Assembly (NCBI GenBank): GCA_041492985.1
Contig: JBGPXY010000002.1
Span: forward strand, 1-50,184
Direction of reading: 5' to 3'
Origin: Candidatus Eiseniibacteriota bacterium
GTDB lineage: Bacteria; Eisenbacteria; RBG-16-71-46
Length of the DNA: 50,184 bases
Shown here: in pieces, positions 8,231 through 17,337 of the stretch
Numbering within the stretch: the first letter of the stretch is position 1
Layout of the letters: each line of letters opens with the position of its first letter
Translations under genes and position numbers: made by a program
The notes under the pieces: generated by a model
The model's input: the letters and a program-made list of their open reading frames with translations, nothing else
What the model was told of the DNA's origin: nothing
Databases searched by the model: none

Positions 8231-9795
8231 GCGCCCCGACCGCCGCGGCGCCACCGCCGGTCGGCTCCGTGCATCCATCGCGCCGGCAGGCGGCGCGCAC
8301 CGCGCGCTGGATCGGCGTCGCCGCGTTCCTGTTCTTCGTGCTCACCGGCGGCGGCCGGATCGTCGGCAGCGACGAGGTGACGATGCTCGGCCTCGCCCAA
8401 GCCCTGCTCCACGGCGGCATCGCCGTGCCGCTCGGGGCGACGCTCGACGGGCCGGACGGCCGGCACTACACCAAGAACGCCGCCGGCCAGGCGGTGATCG
8501 CCCTGCCGCTGGTCGCCGCGGCCGAGGCCGCCGCGGCGCGCCTTCCACTTGCCGCGCCGCGGCACGTGCTGGCGGTGCGCTTCGCGGTCTCGTTCTTCAA
8601 TGCGCTGGTCACCGCCCTGTTGCTGGCGGCATTCTACCGGGCGGTGCGCGCCTTCGGGGTGCGCGCGCGGGCAGCACTCGCCGCCACGCTGATGCTCGGT
8701 CTCACCACACCGGTGTGGGTGTACGCGAAGAGCTTCATGGCCGAGCCGCTGCAGGCTCTTGGGTTGTTGCTCGCCCTCTCGGGTAGTGCTCGCGCCGCGT
8801 CGGGTGAAGAGCGCGGCGCGTGGTGGGCGGGCCTCGGCGTCGCGGTCGCCGTCTCGGTCAAGCTCAGCATGCTGCCGCTCGCCCTCGTCTGCCTGTGGCC
8901 GCTGCGCGGCGCGCGGCGGGGCGCCTGGATCCCGCCGCTCGTCATGCTGGCGCTGGCCCTGGTGGGTCACGCGCTCTACGACTACGCGCGCTTCGGCACG
9001 CCGTTCGAGACCGGCTACGGCACGCAGGCGAGACCGGGAGCCTATTCCACGCCGCTGCTGGTGGGGCTCTACGGGCTGATGTTCTCCTCGGGGAAGGGGA
9101 TCGCCTGGTTCGCCCCGGCGGTGTGGCTCGCACCCGCCGGCTGGGCCGCGATGCGGCGCTCGGGAGCCGCGCCCGCGCGCGTGGCGGCGACCGTGGCGCT
9201 CGCGAGCGCTCTGGCGCTGCTCGGGTACGCCAAGTTCGAGCACTGGGCGGGCGACGGCTCGTTCGGGCCCCGTTATCTGGTCCCGCTGCTGCCGCTCGCG
9301 TTCGTGCTGGTGGCGTTCGCCCTCGATGGGGCGAGCGGGCTGCGCAAGTCGCTGGCGACGGCACTCGCGATCGCCGGGCTCGCCGTGCAGCTGGGCGGTG
9401 TGGCCGTCTACTTCGGCGCCCAGATGCGCGAGGCGGGCGACTACCCCTACACGCGCGCGCTCAACGACCCGCGGTTCATGAGCGAGAGTCACTTCGATCC
9501 CTACTTCAGCCCGATCGCCGGGCACTGGCGGATGATGGCTCGCAACGTCGGCGAGCACCTCCACCATCGCCCCCCACGGCTCACGGGGGGCGGTGACGTG
9601 GACGCCCGCCTCGGCGTGAGCGTGGAGGACCAGCAGGCGCTGCTGCAGGCGCTCGACTTCTGGTGGTTCTACCTGCTCTACGCCGGGATGCCGAACGTGC
9701 CGGTGCACGCGGCGCTGTTGGCGTTGCTGCTCATGACCGCCTGGTCGGCGCTCAAGATGCTGTCCGTGACCAGCGACGAAGCCCGCGCCCCGTGA
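8221..9795 (+). CDS. polytopic membrane protein, probable GT-C (PMT/ArnT-like) lipid-carrier-dependent glycosyltransferase
   Basis: About 12 predicted TM segments. The N-terminal loop GGGRIVGSDEVTMLGLAQALLHGG contains the acidic residues expected in the first periplasmic loop of GT-C enzymes. ATG 8227 (ATGA overlap) is an alternative start. Confidence 0.55.
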   Translation: MAMSAPTAAAPPPVGSVHPSRRQAARTARWIGVAAFLFFVLTGGGRIVGSDEVTMLGLAQALLHGGIAVPLGATLDGPDGRHYTKNAAGQAVIALPLVAAAEAAAARLPLAAPRHVLAVRFAVSFFNALVTALLLAAFYRAVRAFGVRARAALAATLMLGLTTPVWVYAKSFMAEPLQALGLLLALSGSARAASGEERGAWWAGLGVAVAVSVKLSMLPLALVCLWPLRGARRGAWIPPLVMLALALVGHALYDYARFGTPFETGYGTQARPGAYSTPLLVGLYGLMFSSGKGIAWFAPAVWLAPAGWAAMRRSGAAPARVAATVALASALALLGYAKFEHWAGDGSFGPRYLVPLLPLAFVLVAFALDGASGLRKSLATALAIAGLAVQLGGVAVYFGAQMREAGDYPYTRALNDPRFMSESHFDPYFSPIAGHWRMMARNVGEHLHHRPPRLTGGGDVDARLGVSVEDQQALLQALDFWWFYLLYAGMPNVPVHAALLALLLMTAWSALKMLSVTSDEARAP

Positions 9796-10700
9796 GGCGG
9801 CTGGCGATCGTGGTGCTCAACTGGAACGGGCTGACCGACACGCGCGCCGCACTCCTCAGCCTGTCCGCGTGCCGCGTCCCCGCGGGCTGGCAGGCGGCGC
9901 TCATGATGGTGGACAACGGCTCGACCGACGGCTCGGCGGAAGCGGTGGGCCGCGAGTTCCCGGCGGTCGAGGTGCTGGCGCTGCGGGAGAACCGGCGCTT
10001 CGCGGGCGGCAACGACGAAGGTCTGCGCCGGGCACTCGCCTCCGGCGCCGACGCGGTGATGCTGGTGAACAACGACACCGAGGCCGACTCGGGGCTGCTC
10101 GAGCATCTGCTCGCGGCACTGGAGGCGGACCCCGCGGCAGGTGCGGCGGCGCCGCTCATCGCCTTCGCCGAGCCGCGCGATCGCATCTGGTACGCGGGCG
10201 GGCGCTGCGTGCCCGCGCTCGGCTTCGCCGCCCATCGCGGACTGCGCGCGCGCGAGCGCGGCCAGTACCGCGCGGTCGAAGCCACCGGCTACCTCACCGG
10301 CTGCTGTCTGCTCGCGCGCCGGGAGGCGTGGGAGAAGGTGGGCTTGCTCGACGAGCGCTACTTCATCTACGCCGAGGATGCCGACTGGTGTCTGCGCGCG
10401 CGCGCCGCGGGCTATCGCCTCCTGTTCGTCCCCCGGGCGAGGTTGTGGCACAAGGTCTCGGCGGCCTCAGGCGGGGCGAGCCCGTGGAAGATCTACCAGC
10501 GCCTGCGCGCGAACCTCACCCTGTTCGCCCGCCACGCGCGCGGGGTCGGACGGCTCACATGGCTCCCATGCTTCCTGGCCCAGCAGGGGGTCCTGGCACT
10601 CTGGCTCCTGGCGCGTGGCCACACCGCTGCCTCGCTGGCGGTTCCGCGGGCGCTGTGGGACGCGGCGATCGGGCGGCCGGCCGCGCAGGTGCGACTGTGA
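9792..10700 (+). CDS. GT2 glycosyltransferase (rhamnosyl/galactosyl-transferase-like)
   Basis: LAIVVLNWNGLTDTRAALLSL, VDNGSTDGS, NNDTEAD and IYAEDADWCLRARAAGYRLLFVPRARLWHKVS are typical GT2 group-2 motifs. GTGA overlap start. Confidence 0.85.
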   Translation: MRRLAIVVLNWNGLTDTRAALLSLSACRVPAGWQAALMMVDNGSTDGSAEAVGREFPAVEVLALRENRRFAGGNDEGLRRALASGADAVMLVNNDTEADSGLLEHLLAALEADPAAGAAAPLIAFAEPRDRIWYAGGRCVPALGFAAHRGLRARERGQYRAVEATGYLTGCCLLARREAWEKVGLLDERYFIYAEDADWCLRARAAGYRLLFVPRARLWHKVSAASGGASPWKIYQRLRANLTLFARHARGVGRLTWLPCFLAQQGVLALWLLARGHTAASLAVPRALWDAAIGRPAAQVRL

Positions 10701-11569
10701 GCGCGGCGGTCGGGAGCGATGTCGCCGGTGGGGTGGCGTGGGCTCACAAGCCGCTGCGCGCTCCCGGCGATCCGCCGCTCTTCCTGCACGAGCTGATCGC
10801 CGCCGCCCCCGCGGGTGCCCGGGTCCTCGACGCGGGCTGCGGGCCGGGCTCGTGGCGCTACGGCGAGAGGTCTGACCTGCGCGTGGTCGGCTTCGACATC
10901 AAGTTCCCGCCCGGGCCGCCGTCGCGGGCGCCGCATGTCGGCGTGCTGCGGGCCGATCTCGCCCGCGTGCCGCTGCGCGACGGGAGCTTCGACCTCACGC
11001 TCTGTCACTACGTGCTCGAGCATGTCACCGCCCTCGCCGCCTGCTGCGACGAGCTGGCGCGGGTCACCCGGCCGGGCGGCACGCTCTACCTGTCGGTGCC
11101 GCGCGCGGCCTCGTTCGACGACCGGCTCTATCGATTCGCGGGCTACTTCGCGAAGTACGCGCTGCTCAAGCTCGGCAAGCGGATCGAGCACCAGCAGCGC
11201 TTCGACCTCGAGACGCTGCTGGCGCTGTTCGAAGCACGGGGGTTCGAGATCGAGGCGCTGGCGCGCGTGCCGGCGGGGTTCTCGTGGATGAACGATCCGC
11301 GCACCAAGCCCTTGCAGGGGCCGTTCACCGACGCGCTGGCGGCGCTCCACCGCGCGACCGGGCTGGACCTGGCGCGGGACGCCAACGTCGTGATGACCTT
11401 CCGCAAGGCCGGCACGCGCGGTGCGAGCCGCGAGCCGCGGGTGCGAAGGGTCACGCACGTCTGTCGCGCGTGCGGCGAGCACAGCGTGCTCGACCCGCCG
11501 CTGCCCACCCCGAAGCGCTGGACCTGCCCCTGGTGTGGACAGCCCAATCCACTCGGGAGACCGCGGTGA
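10697..11569 (+). CDS. class I SAM-dependent methyltransferase with C-terminal CxxC...CxxC zinc-ribbon
   Basis: Motif I is ARVLDAGCGPGSW, with downstream FDLTLCHYVLEHV and RPGGTLYLSVP. The tail reads CRACGEHSVLDPPLPTPKRWTCPWCGQPN. GTGA overlap start. Confidence 0.75.
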   Translation: MSAAVGSDVAGGVAWAHKPLRAPGDPPLFLHELIAAAPAGARVLDAGCGPGSWRYGERSDLRVVGFDIKFPPGPPSRAPHVGVLRADLARVPLRDGSFDLTLCHYVLEHVTALAACCDELARVTRPGGTLYLSVPRAASFDDRLYRFAGYFAKYALLKLGKRIEHQQRFDLETLLALFEARGFEIEALARVPAGFSWMNDPRTKPLQGPFTDALAALHRATGLDLARDANVVMTFRKAGTRGASREPRVRRVTHVCRACGEHSVLDPPLPTPKRWTCPWCGQPNPLGRPR

Positions 11570-12603
11570 GTCCGCTGCGCGTCCTCCACGCGCCGGCCGA
11601 GATCGCCGGGCAGGGATCGGTGCTGGCGCGCGCACTTCGCGCCCTCGGGGTCGAGGCCCACTCGCTCGCCTACAACCCCGGCTTCCCGCAGTACCGGCCC
11701 GACGAGATGCGCACGTACGACGATCAGCCTCCGCTGCCGCGCTACCTGGGGTACCTCGCGAGCACGCTGCGCCATCTCGGCCGCTGGGACCTCTACCACT
11801 TCCACTTCGGCCGCACGCTCATCCCGCCGCACAACCTCGACCTGCCGCTCTATCGCTCGCTCGGTCGGCGCGTGGTGTTCCACTACCACGGCTGCGACGT
11901 GCGCGACCGCGCGCACATGCTGGCGACGCACACGCACTCGACCTGCAGCGAGTGCGACCCGTTCTGCATCCCGGCCCGGCAGAAGCGCAACCTCGCGAGC
12001 GCGGCGCGCTGGGCGGACGCGGAGCTGGTCTCGACCCCGGACCTGCTCGAGTCGGCGACGGGCGCTCGCCACCTGCCGGTGGCGCTGGATCTCGCCGACT
12101 ATCCCTTCACGCCGCCCTCGGGTCCGCCGAAGCGGGTCGTGCACGCGCCGACCAACCGCCTCATCAAGGGCACGCGCTACGTCGAGGCGGCCTATGAGGC
12201 GTTGCGACCTCGCTTCCCCGGGGTGAGCTTCGAGGTGGTCGAGCGGCGACCCTGGAGCGAGCTGCGCGCCATCCTCGCTGACGCCGACGTGGTGGTGGAT
12301 CAGGTCTTCATGGGGTGGTACGGCATGGTGGCGGTCGAAGCGATGGCGCTCGGCAAGCCGGTGCTGTGCTTCGTCCGCGACGACTTCGAGCGACGCCTCA
12401 CCGATTGTCCACTGGTGCGCTGCACGAAGGACGATCTGGCGACGCGGCTGGCCGAGGTGCTCTCGGACGCGACCGACCGCCGCGCCCTCGGCGAGCGTGG
12501 CCGCGCCTACGCCGAGCGCGAACACGCCGCGCCGGTCATCGCCGGTCGCCTGCTCGAGCTCTACCGCTCGCTGCTCGGCGAGGGAGCGCCGTCCCATGCC
12601 TGA
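11566..12603 (+). CDS. putative GT-B fold glycosyltransferase (divergent GT1/GT4-like)
   Basis: The C-terminal half (KRVVHAPTNRLIKGTRYV...VVVDQVFMGWYGMVAVEAMALGKPVLCFV) resembles the GT-B donor domain. The N-terminal half has a His/Cys cluster, HYHGCDVR...HTHSTCSECDPFC. GTGA overlap start. Confidence 0.55.
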   Translation: MSPLRVLHAPAEIAGQGSVLARALRALGVEAHSLAYNPGFPQYRPDEMRTYDDQPPLPRYLGYLASTLRHLGRWDLYHFHFGRTLIPPHNLDLPLYRSLGRRVVFHYHGCDVRDRAHMLATHTHSTCSECDPFCIPARQKRNLASAARWADAELVSTPDLLESATGARHLPVALDLADYPFTPPSGPPKRVVHAPTNRLIKGTRYVEAAYEALRPRFPGVSFEVVERRPWSELRAILADADVVVDQVFMGWYGMVAVEAMALGKPVLCFVRDDFERRLTDCPLVRCTKDDLATRLAEVLSDATDRRALGERGRAYAEREHAAPVIAGRLLELYRSLLGEGAPSHA

Positions 12604-14068
12604 GCCGAGGACGCCCGCCGCCGCCTCCCCGGTGCGCGAGGCGCTCAAGCACCTCACGGGGGATTCGCTCATCTATGGACTCGGCCAGGTGAGTGGCCGG
12701 GCGGTGAACCTCCTGCTCGTGCCGGTGCTGACGCGCGTGCTCGCGCCCGAGGCCTACGGGGTCTCGGACCTGGTGCTCGCCTACTCGCAGACGGCGCTGC
12801 TGGTGCTGGTGTTCGGCATGGACGGCGCCCTGGCGCGGTTGTTCTACGACCAGCCCGACCGCGAGGCGCGCATCCGCATGGTGTCCTCCTCGCTGGTGTT
12901 CCGGATCGTGACCGGCACCACGGTGGCGCTGGTGCTGGCGCTGGTCGTGGTCCCGCTCACCGCCCCGTGGGTCGCCGGCGAGGCGTACCGCAAGTACCTC
13001 ACCATCGGCGCGATCACGCTTCCGTTCACCCTCCTCACCCTGTTCGCGAACGACGTGCTGCGTGTGACCTTCCAGCCGTGGAAGTTCATCACCCTGAACC
13101 TCGCCCAGACGATCACCGTCGGTGGGCTCACCCTCTACCTGGTGCTGGTCCGTCACCTCGGCGTGGCGGGCGTGCTGTACGGGAAGCTGGGCGGCGACGC
13201 GATCACGGCAGCACTCGGCCTGCTGCTCTGCCGCCACACGCTGAGGCCGCGCTTCGACCGCGCGACGCTGGGCCGCATGCTCGGCTACGGGCTGCCGCTG
13301 GTGCCGGTCGCGTTCGCGTACGGGCTCATCACCGGCGTGGACCGCTTCTTCCTGCAGCGCACGCACGCGCTGGCGGAGGTGGCCGTCTACGCGGTGGCGA
13401 TGAAGTTCTTCGCGCTCACCACCATGGGGGTCTCGGCGTTCCAGCTCGCCTTCGGGCCGTTCGCCTTCGCGCGCGCGCGAAGCCCGGAGGCGCCGCGTCT
13501 CTACGCGAGGGTGTTCTCGCTCTACACAGCGGTCGCCTCGCTCGGGGCGCTGGTGGTCGCCGCGTTCGCCCCGCAGCTTGTGGGGCTGCTGGCGCCGGGC
13601 ACCTATGCCGCTGCTGCGGGGCCCGCGCTGTGGCTCATCTTTGCCGCGGTCGCTCAGGGCGCCTACTATGTCGCCGCCCTCGGCATCGCCCTGTCGCTTC
13701 GCACCGTGTTGCTGGGCTGGACCGCCGGCGGCGCGGCGCTGGTCGCGGTGGCGGCGAACGCGGTGCTGACGCCGGCGCTCGGGGCCTCCGGGGCGGCGAT
13801 GGCGACGTTCATGGGCTACGCGGTCTCGGCGGCCCTGGGCTACGCGGTCGCGCAGCGCGTGCATCCGCTCCCGTACCGGGGCGGACGGATCGTGGGGATG
13901 TTCGCGTTGGCGCTGGCGCTGGCGCTGGCGGCGCAGCGGATGGCGCCGGAGGGAGCGGCGGGCGTGGCGGTGAGGCTCGCGGCCGCCGCGGTCTACGCGG
14001 TCGTGGTGGGGTGGCTCGGGCTGTGGCGGCACGCCCGGATGGAGACCACGCCGGTTTCCGGCGCATAG
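12596..14068 (+). CDS. Wzx-type oligosaccharide flippase (MOP superfamily, polysaccharide biosynthesis protein)
   Basis: About 12-14 TM segments. The N-terminus LTGDSLIYGLGQVSGRAVNLLLVPVLTRVLAPEAYG is characteristic of the Polysacc_synt family. The ATG overlaps the upstream gene by 8 nt. Confidence 0.8.
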   Translation: MPEPRTPAAASPVREALKHLTGDSLIYGLGQVSGRAVNLLLVPVLTRVLAPEAYGVSDLVLAYSQTALLVLVFGMDGALARLFYDQPDREARIRMVSSSLVFRIVTGTTVALVLALVVVPLTAPWVAGEAYRKYLTIGAITLPFTLLTLFANDVLRVTFQPWKFITLNLAQTITVGGLTLYLVLVRHLGVAGVLYGKLGGDAITAALGLLLCRHTLRPRFDRATLGRMLGYGLPLVPVAFAYGLITGVDRFFLQRTHALAEVAVYAVAMKFFALTTMGVSAFQLAFGPFAFARARSPEAPRLYARVFSLYTAVASLGALVVAAFAPQLVGLLAPGTYAAAAGPALWLIFAAVAQGAYYVAALGIALSLRTVLLGWTAGGAALVAVAANAVLTPALGASGAAMATFMGYAVSAALGYAVAQRVHPLPYRGGRIVGMFALALALALAAQRMAPEGAAGVAVRLAAAAVYAVVVGWLGLWRHARMETTPVSGA

Positions 14069-14090
14069 CGAGAAGGAGAGACGCCAGAGC

Positions 14091-16178
14091 ATGTGTGGGA
14101 TCGCGGGGCTCTATCGGAGCGACGATCGTGTGGATCTCGGGCGGTTGCAGCACATGTCCCACCTGCTGCGCCACCGGGGCCCCGATGACGAGGGGATCGT
14201 CCTCATCGATCCGGCGAGCGGATCGGCGCTGCCGCTCGGCGGAGCCGACACGCCGCGCGACGTGTACGCCAGCCCGCATCGCTACGCGCCCGGGCATCAT
14301 CCGCACGACCCCGATGGCGGCACGTTCCGCGTCGGCCTCGCCCACCGGCGGCTCTCGATCGTCGATCTCACGCCCTCCGGCCACCAGCCCATGTGCGAAG
14401 GAGACGGTCGCGCCTGGATCACCTTCAACGGCGAGATCTACGACTTCATCGAGCTGCGCGAAGAGTTGAAGTCGCTGGGCGAACGCTTCTCCAGCACCAG
14501 CGACACCGAGGTCATCCTCGCCGCGTACCGTCGCTGGGGCCACGCGTGCCTCGAGCGCATGAACGGGATGTTCGCGTTCGCCCTCTGGGACGCGCGGCGG
14601 CGCGAGCTGTTCTGCGCGCGCGACCGATTCGGCGTCAAGCCGTTCTACTACCAGTGGGACGGCCGAACGTTCGCCTTCGCCTCGGAGCCCAAGGCCCTGG
14701 TGCTCACGCAACCGCGGCGGATCGCGCCGCGGCTCGCCACGATCCGCGACCTGGTGGCGCTCGACTGGGTGGACCACGAGGCGCACACGTTCTTCGAAGG
14801 GCTGATGCAGCTGCCCGCGGGACACTTCATGGTCGTGGGGGAGGGAGGGGTCGCGCTGCGTCGCTGGTGGACGCTCGACCCGTCGCGGCGCGCCACCGGT
14901 GACCCCAGGGACTGGACGCGGGAGTTCGCCGCGCGCTTCGACGACGCGGTGCGCCTGCGCCTGCGCGCCGACGTCGAGGTGGGCTCGTGCCTCTCGGGCG
15001 GGCTCGACTCGAGCGCGGTGGTGACCACCGCCGCGACCATGCTGGAGCGGCCCATCCACACGTTCACCTGCGCCTACGACGAGGGCCCGCTCTACGACGA
15101 GCGCAGCTACGTGAAGGCGACGGTCGAGGCGAGCGGGGCGCGCTCCGACATCGTCGTGCCCGACGGGAGCGACTTCTGGGACACCTTCGACCGGCTCGCC
15201 TATCAGCAGGACGAGCCCACCGCCGGCCCGGGGGTCTACTCGCAGTGGCAGGTGATGGGGCTCGCCCACCGACATGGGCTCAAGGTGCTGCTCGACGGGC
15301 AGGGCGGCGACGAGACGCTGGCCGGCTATTGGCGCTATCTGCCGCTGCGGCTGCGCGACCTGCTGGCGGCCGGGGACCTGCCGGCGTTCCTGCGCCTGTG
15401 GGGCCCGGTCGCGCAGCGACTGGGGGCGAAGACGGCGCTGGGGCACACCGTCGAGTCGTGGCTGCCCTCGGCCCTGGTGGCGCCGCTGCGGCGTCGCTTC
15501 GGCCAGGGCAAGGACCGCGTGCTGACCGCGGCATTGCGCCGGCTGCCGAGCGTGACGCTGCGGCCGCCGCGGGAGTTCCCGAGCGCGGTCTCGCGCCAGC
15601 AGGCGTTCGACACGCTGCAGCGGCTGCTGCCCTCCCTGCTCCGTTACGAGGACCGCAACAGCATGGCGTTCTCGATCGAGACCCGGCTGCCGTTCCTCGA
15701 CTACCGGCTGGCCGAGTTCGTGTTCTCGCTCCCCGACGAGCAGCGGCTGGAGGGTGCCACCACCAAGGCCATCCTGCGTCGCGCGCTCACGGGGCGCATC
15801 CCGCCCGCGGTGCTGGCGCGACGCGACAAGATGGGGTTCGAGACCCCGGCCGACGTGTGGCTGCGCAGCCGCTTCGCGGCCGAGACGCGGCGGCGGCTGC
15901 TCACACCGGGGCCACTGCACCAGTGGCTCGAGCCCGGCCCGCTCGCGGCGGAGCTCGACGACTACCTCGCGGGACGGCGCGCCATCGGACTTCAGATCTG
16001 GCGCTGGCTGGCGCTCGAGTCGTGGGCGCGGCGGTTCGTCGCCGCCGATCCGCGCGTCACCGCCCGTCCTCCCGAGGCGCAGACCCATCCCGGACTCCAC
16101 AAGTCGTACACGCAGATGATGGAGCTGCGCGCGCGGGAGACCGGTCCGAGCGAAGTCCCGGCGGTCGCCGTCGGCTAG
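14091..16178 (+). CDS. asnB: asparagine synthase (glutamine-hydrolysing) family amidotransferase
   Basis: Starts MCGIAG (Ntn Cys2). It has the GATase-II region FNGEIYDF and the PP-loop CLSGGLDSSAV. RBS GAAGGAGAG lies upstream. Confidence 0.9.
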   Translation: MCGIAGLYRSDDRVDLGRLQHMSHLLRHRGPDDEGIVLIDPASGSALPLGGADTPRDVYASPHRYAPGHHPHDPDGGTFRVGLAHRRLSIVDLTPSGHQPMCEGDGRAWITFNGEIYDFIELREELKSLGERFSSTSDTEVILAAYRRWGHACLERMNGMFAFALWDARRRELFCARDRFGVKPFYYQWDGRTFAFASEPKALVLTQPRRIAPRLATIRDLVALDWVDHEAHTFFEGLMQLPAGHFMVVGEGGVALRRWWTLDPSRRATGDPRDWTREFAARFDDAVRLRLRADVEVGSCLSGGLDSSAVVTTAATMLERPIHTFTCAYDEGPLYDERSYVKATVEASGARSDIVVPDGSDFWDTFDRLAYQQDEPTAGPGVYSQWQVMGLAHRHGLKVLLDGQGGDETLAGYWRYLPLRLRDLLAAGDLPAFLRLWGPVAQRLGAKTALGHTVESWLPSALVAPLRRRFGQGKDRVLTAALRRLPSVTLRPPREFPSAVSRQQAFDTLQRLLPSLLRYEDRNSMAFSIETRLPFLDYRLAEFVFSLPDEQRLEGATTKAILRRALTGRIPPAVLARRDKMGFETPADVWLRSRFAAETRRRLLTPGPLHQWLEPGPLAAELDDYLAGRRAIGLQIWRWLALESWARRFVAADPRVTARPPEAQTHPGLHKSYTQMMELRARETGPSEVPAVAVG

Positions 16179-17305
16179 TGGACCTGCTCGCGCTGTCCGA
16201 GGTCCGCTGGGGATACTTCCGCACCCGAAAGCAGTTCTTGCTGTCGCGCTTCCCCGAGCGGTGGCGGATCTTCTTCGCGCAGCCGCCGGGCTCGGGCGGC
16301 GACGATCCGTGGACACCGCGACGCGAGGGGAACGTCACCACCTTCACCGTGCCGTTCCTCAAGCCCGCCACGACGCAGCCCCTCTACAACGCCATCGCCT
16401 CCACACCGCTCGGCCGGTGGGGCATCGAGCGCGCGGCCGAGGCTCACCTGCGGCGGATGTTGAAGACGCTCGGCGTCGAGCGGGACCCGGTGGTGATGGT
16501 CTCGAACATCTATGCGGCGGGCCTGCTCGCCCGGCTCCACCGCCGGCTCACGGTCTACGACTTCAACGATTCGCCGTTCCAGTTCTCGGGTTCACCCCCG
16601 TGGGCGCGTGACTACTGGCGGCGCACGCTCGCCCAGGTCGACCTGGTGTTCGCGGTGTCCGAGTACTACCGGCGCCAGCTCGAGACCGAGACCGACTCCC
16701 ACGTCATCCGGCTCGGCAATGGGGTCGAGTACGACCACTTCGCGAAGCCGCAACCGGTCCCCGACGACATGAAGGACCTCCCCCGGCCGCGGATCGGCTA
16801 CCTGGGGTTGCTCTCCCACTTCCTCGACTTCGAGGTGCTGGAAGCGCTCCGCCAGGCCCGGCGCGGGGGGACGCTGGTGCTGATCGGTCCCGGCAGCTCG
16901 GCCACCGAGACGCGGATCATGGATCTGGCGGCGCGCGGGGGGGTGGCGCTCATGGGCCCTCGCCCTTACGCGCAGGTGCCGGCCTACATGCAGGCGCTGG
17001 ATGTCGGTGTGATACCTTTCCGGGCTCAAGACCCGTTCGTGCAGGGTATTAACCCCAACAAGGTGTACCAGTATCTGGCCTCCGGGGTGCCCGTCGTGAC
17101 CACGCCCTTGCTCGATCTGCCCAGCTCCGAACCACTCCTCCAGTTCGCGTCGGACCCGGCCGCTTTCACCGCCGCGGTCGGCCGGGCGGTCGATCTCTCG
17201 CGTGACCCGGGGGCGTGCCGGGCGCTGGCGCGCCCCTTCGACTGGAGCGTGCTGGCCCAGAGCATGGTGACCGCGATCGAGAGCCGACTGTCCGCCGGCG
17301 CCTGA
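16178..17305 (+). CDS. GT-B glycosyltransferase (TuaH-like GT1/GT4)
   Basis: The N-terminus LSEVRWGYFRTRKQFLLSRF resembles the TuaH-type LSHxRWDFVxQRPQ motif. The C-terminal domain reads IGYLGLLSHFLDFEVL...INPNKVYQYLASGVPVVTT. The GTG shares the G of the upstream TAG. Confidence 0.7.
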   Translation: MDLLALSEVRWGYFRTRKQFLLSRFPERWRIFFAQPPGSGGDDPWTPRREGNVTTFTVPFLKPATTQPLYNAIASTPLGRWGIERAAEAHLRRMLKTLGVERDPVVMVSNIYAAGLLARLHRRLTVYDFNDSPFQFSGSPPWARDYWRRTLAQVDLVFAVSEYYRRQLETETDSHVIRLGNGVEYDHFAKPQPVPDDMKDLPRPRIGYLGLLSHFLDFEVLEALRQARRGGTLVLIGPGSSATETRIMDLAARGGVALMGPRPYAQVPAYMQALDVGVIPFRAQDPFVQGINPNKVYQYLASGVPVVTTPLLDLPSSEPLLQFASDPAAFTAAVGRAVDLSRDPGACRALARPFDWSVLAQSMVTAIESRLSAGA

Positions 17306-17337
17306 GCGCCCCGACGTCCACCGGGAGCCGAGCCTTC

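Noticed and set aside
13809-16316. 835-aa minus-strand ORF antisense to the flippase and asnB. Other very long antisense ORFs are similar, for example 17026-19602, 1925-3334, 29519-31624, 31522-33057, 27627-28952 and 48889-50079.
   Set aside because: These are Arg/Pro/Gly/His-rich low-complexity translations with no recognisable motifs. They lie opposite genes that have clear family signatures and high GC3 in the plus frame. They are typical shadow ORFs of a high-G+C genome.
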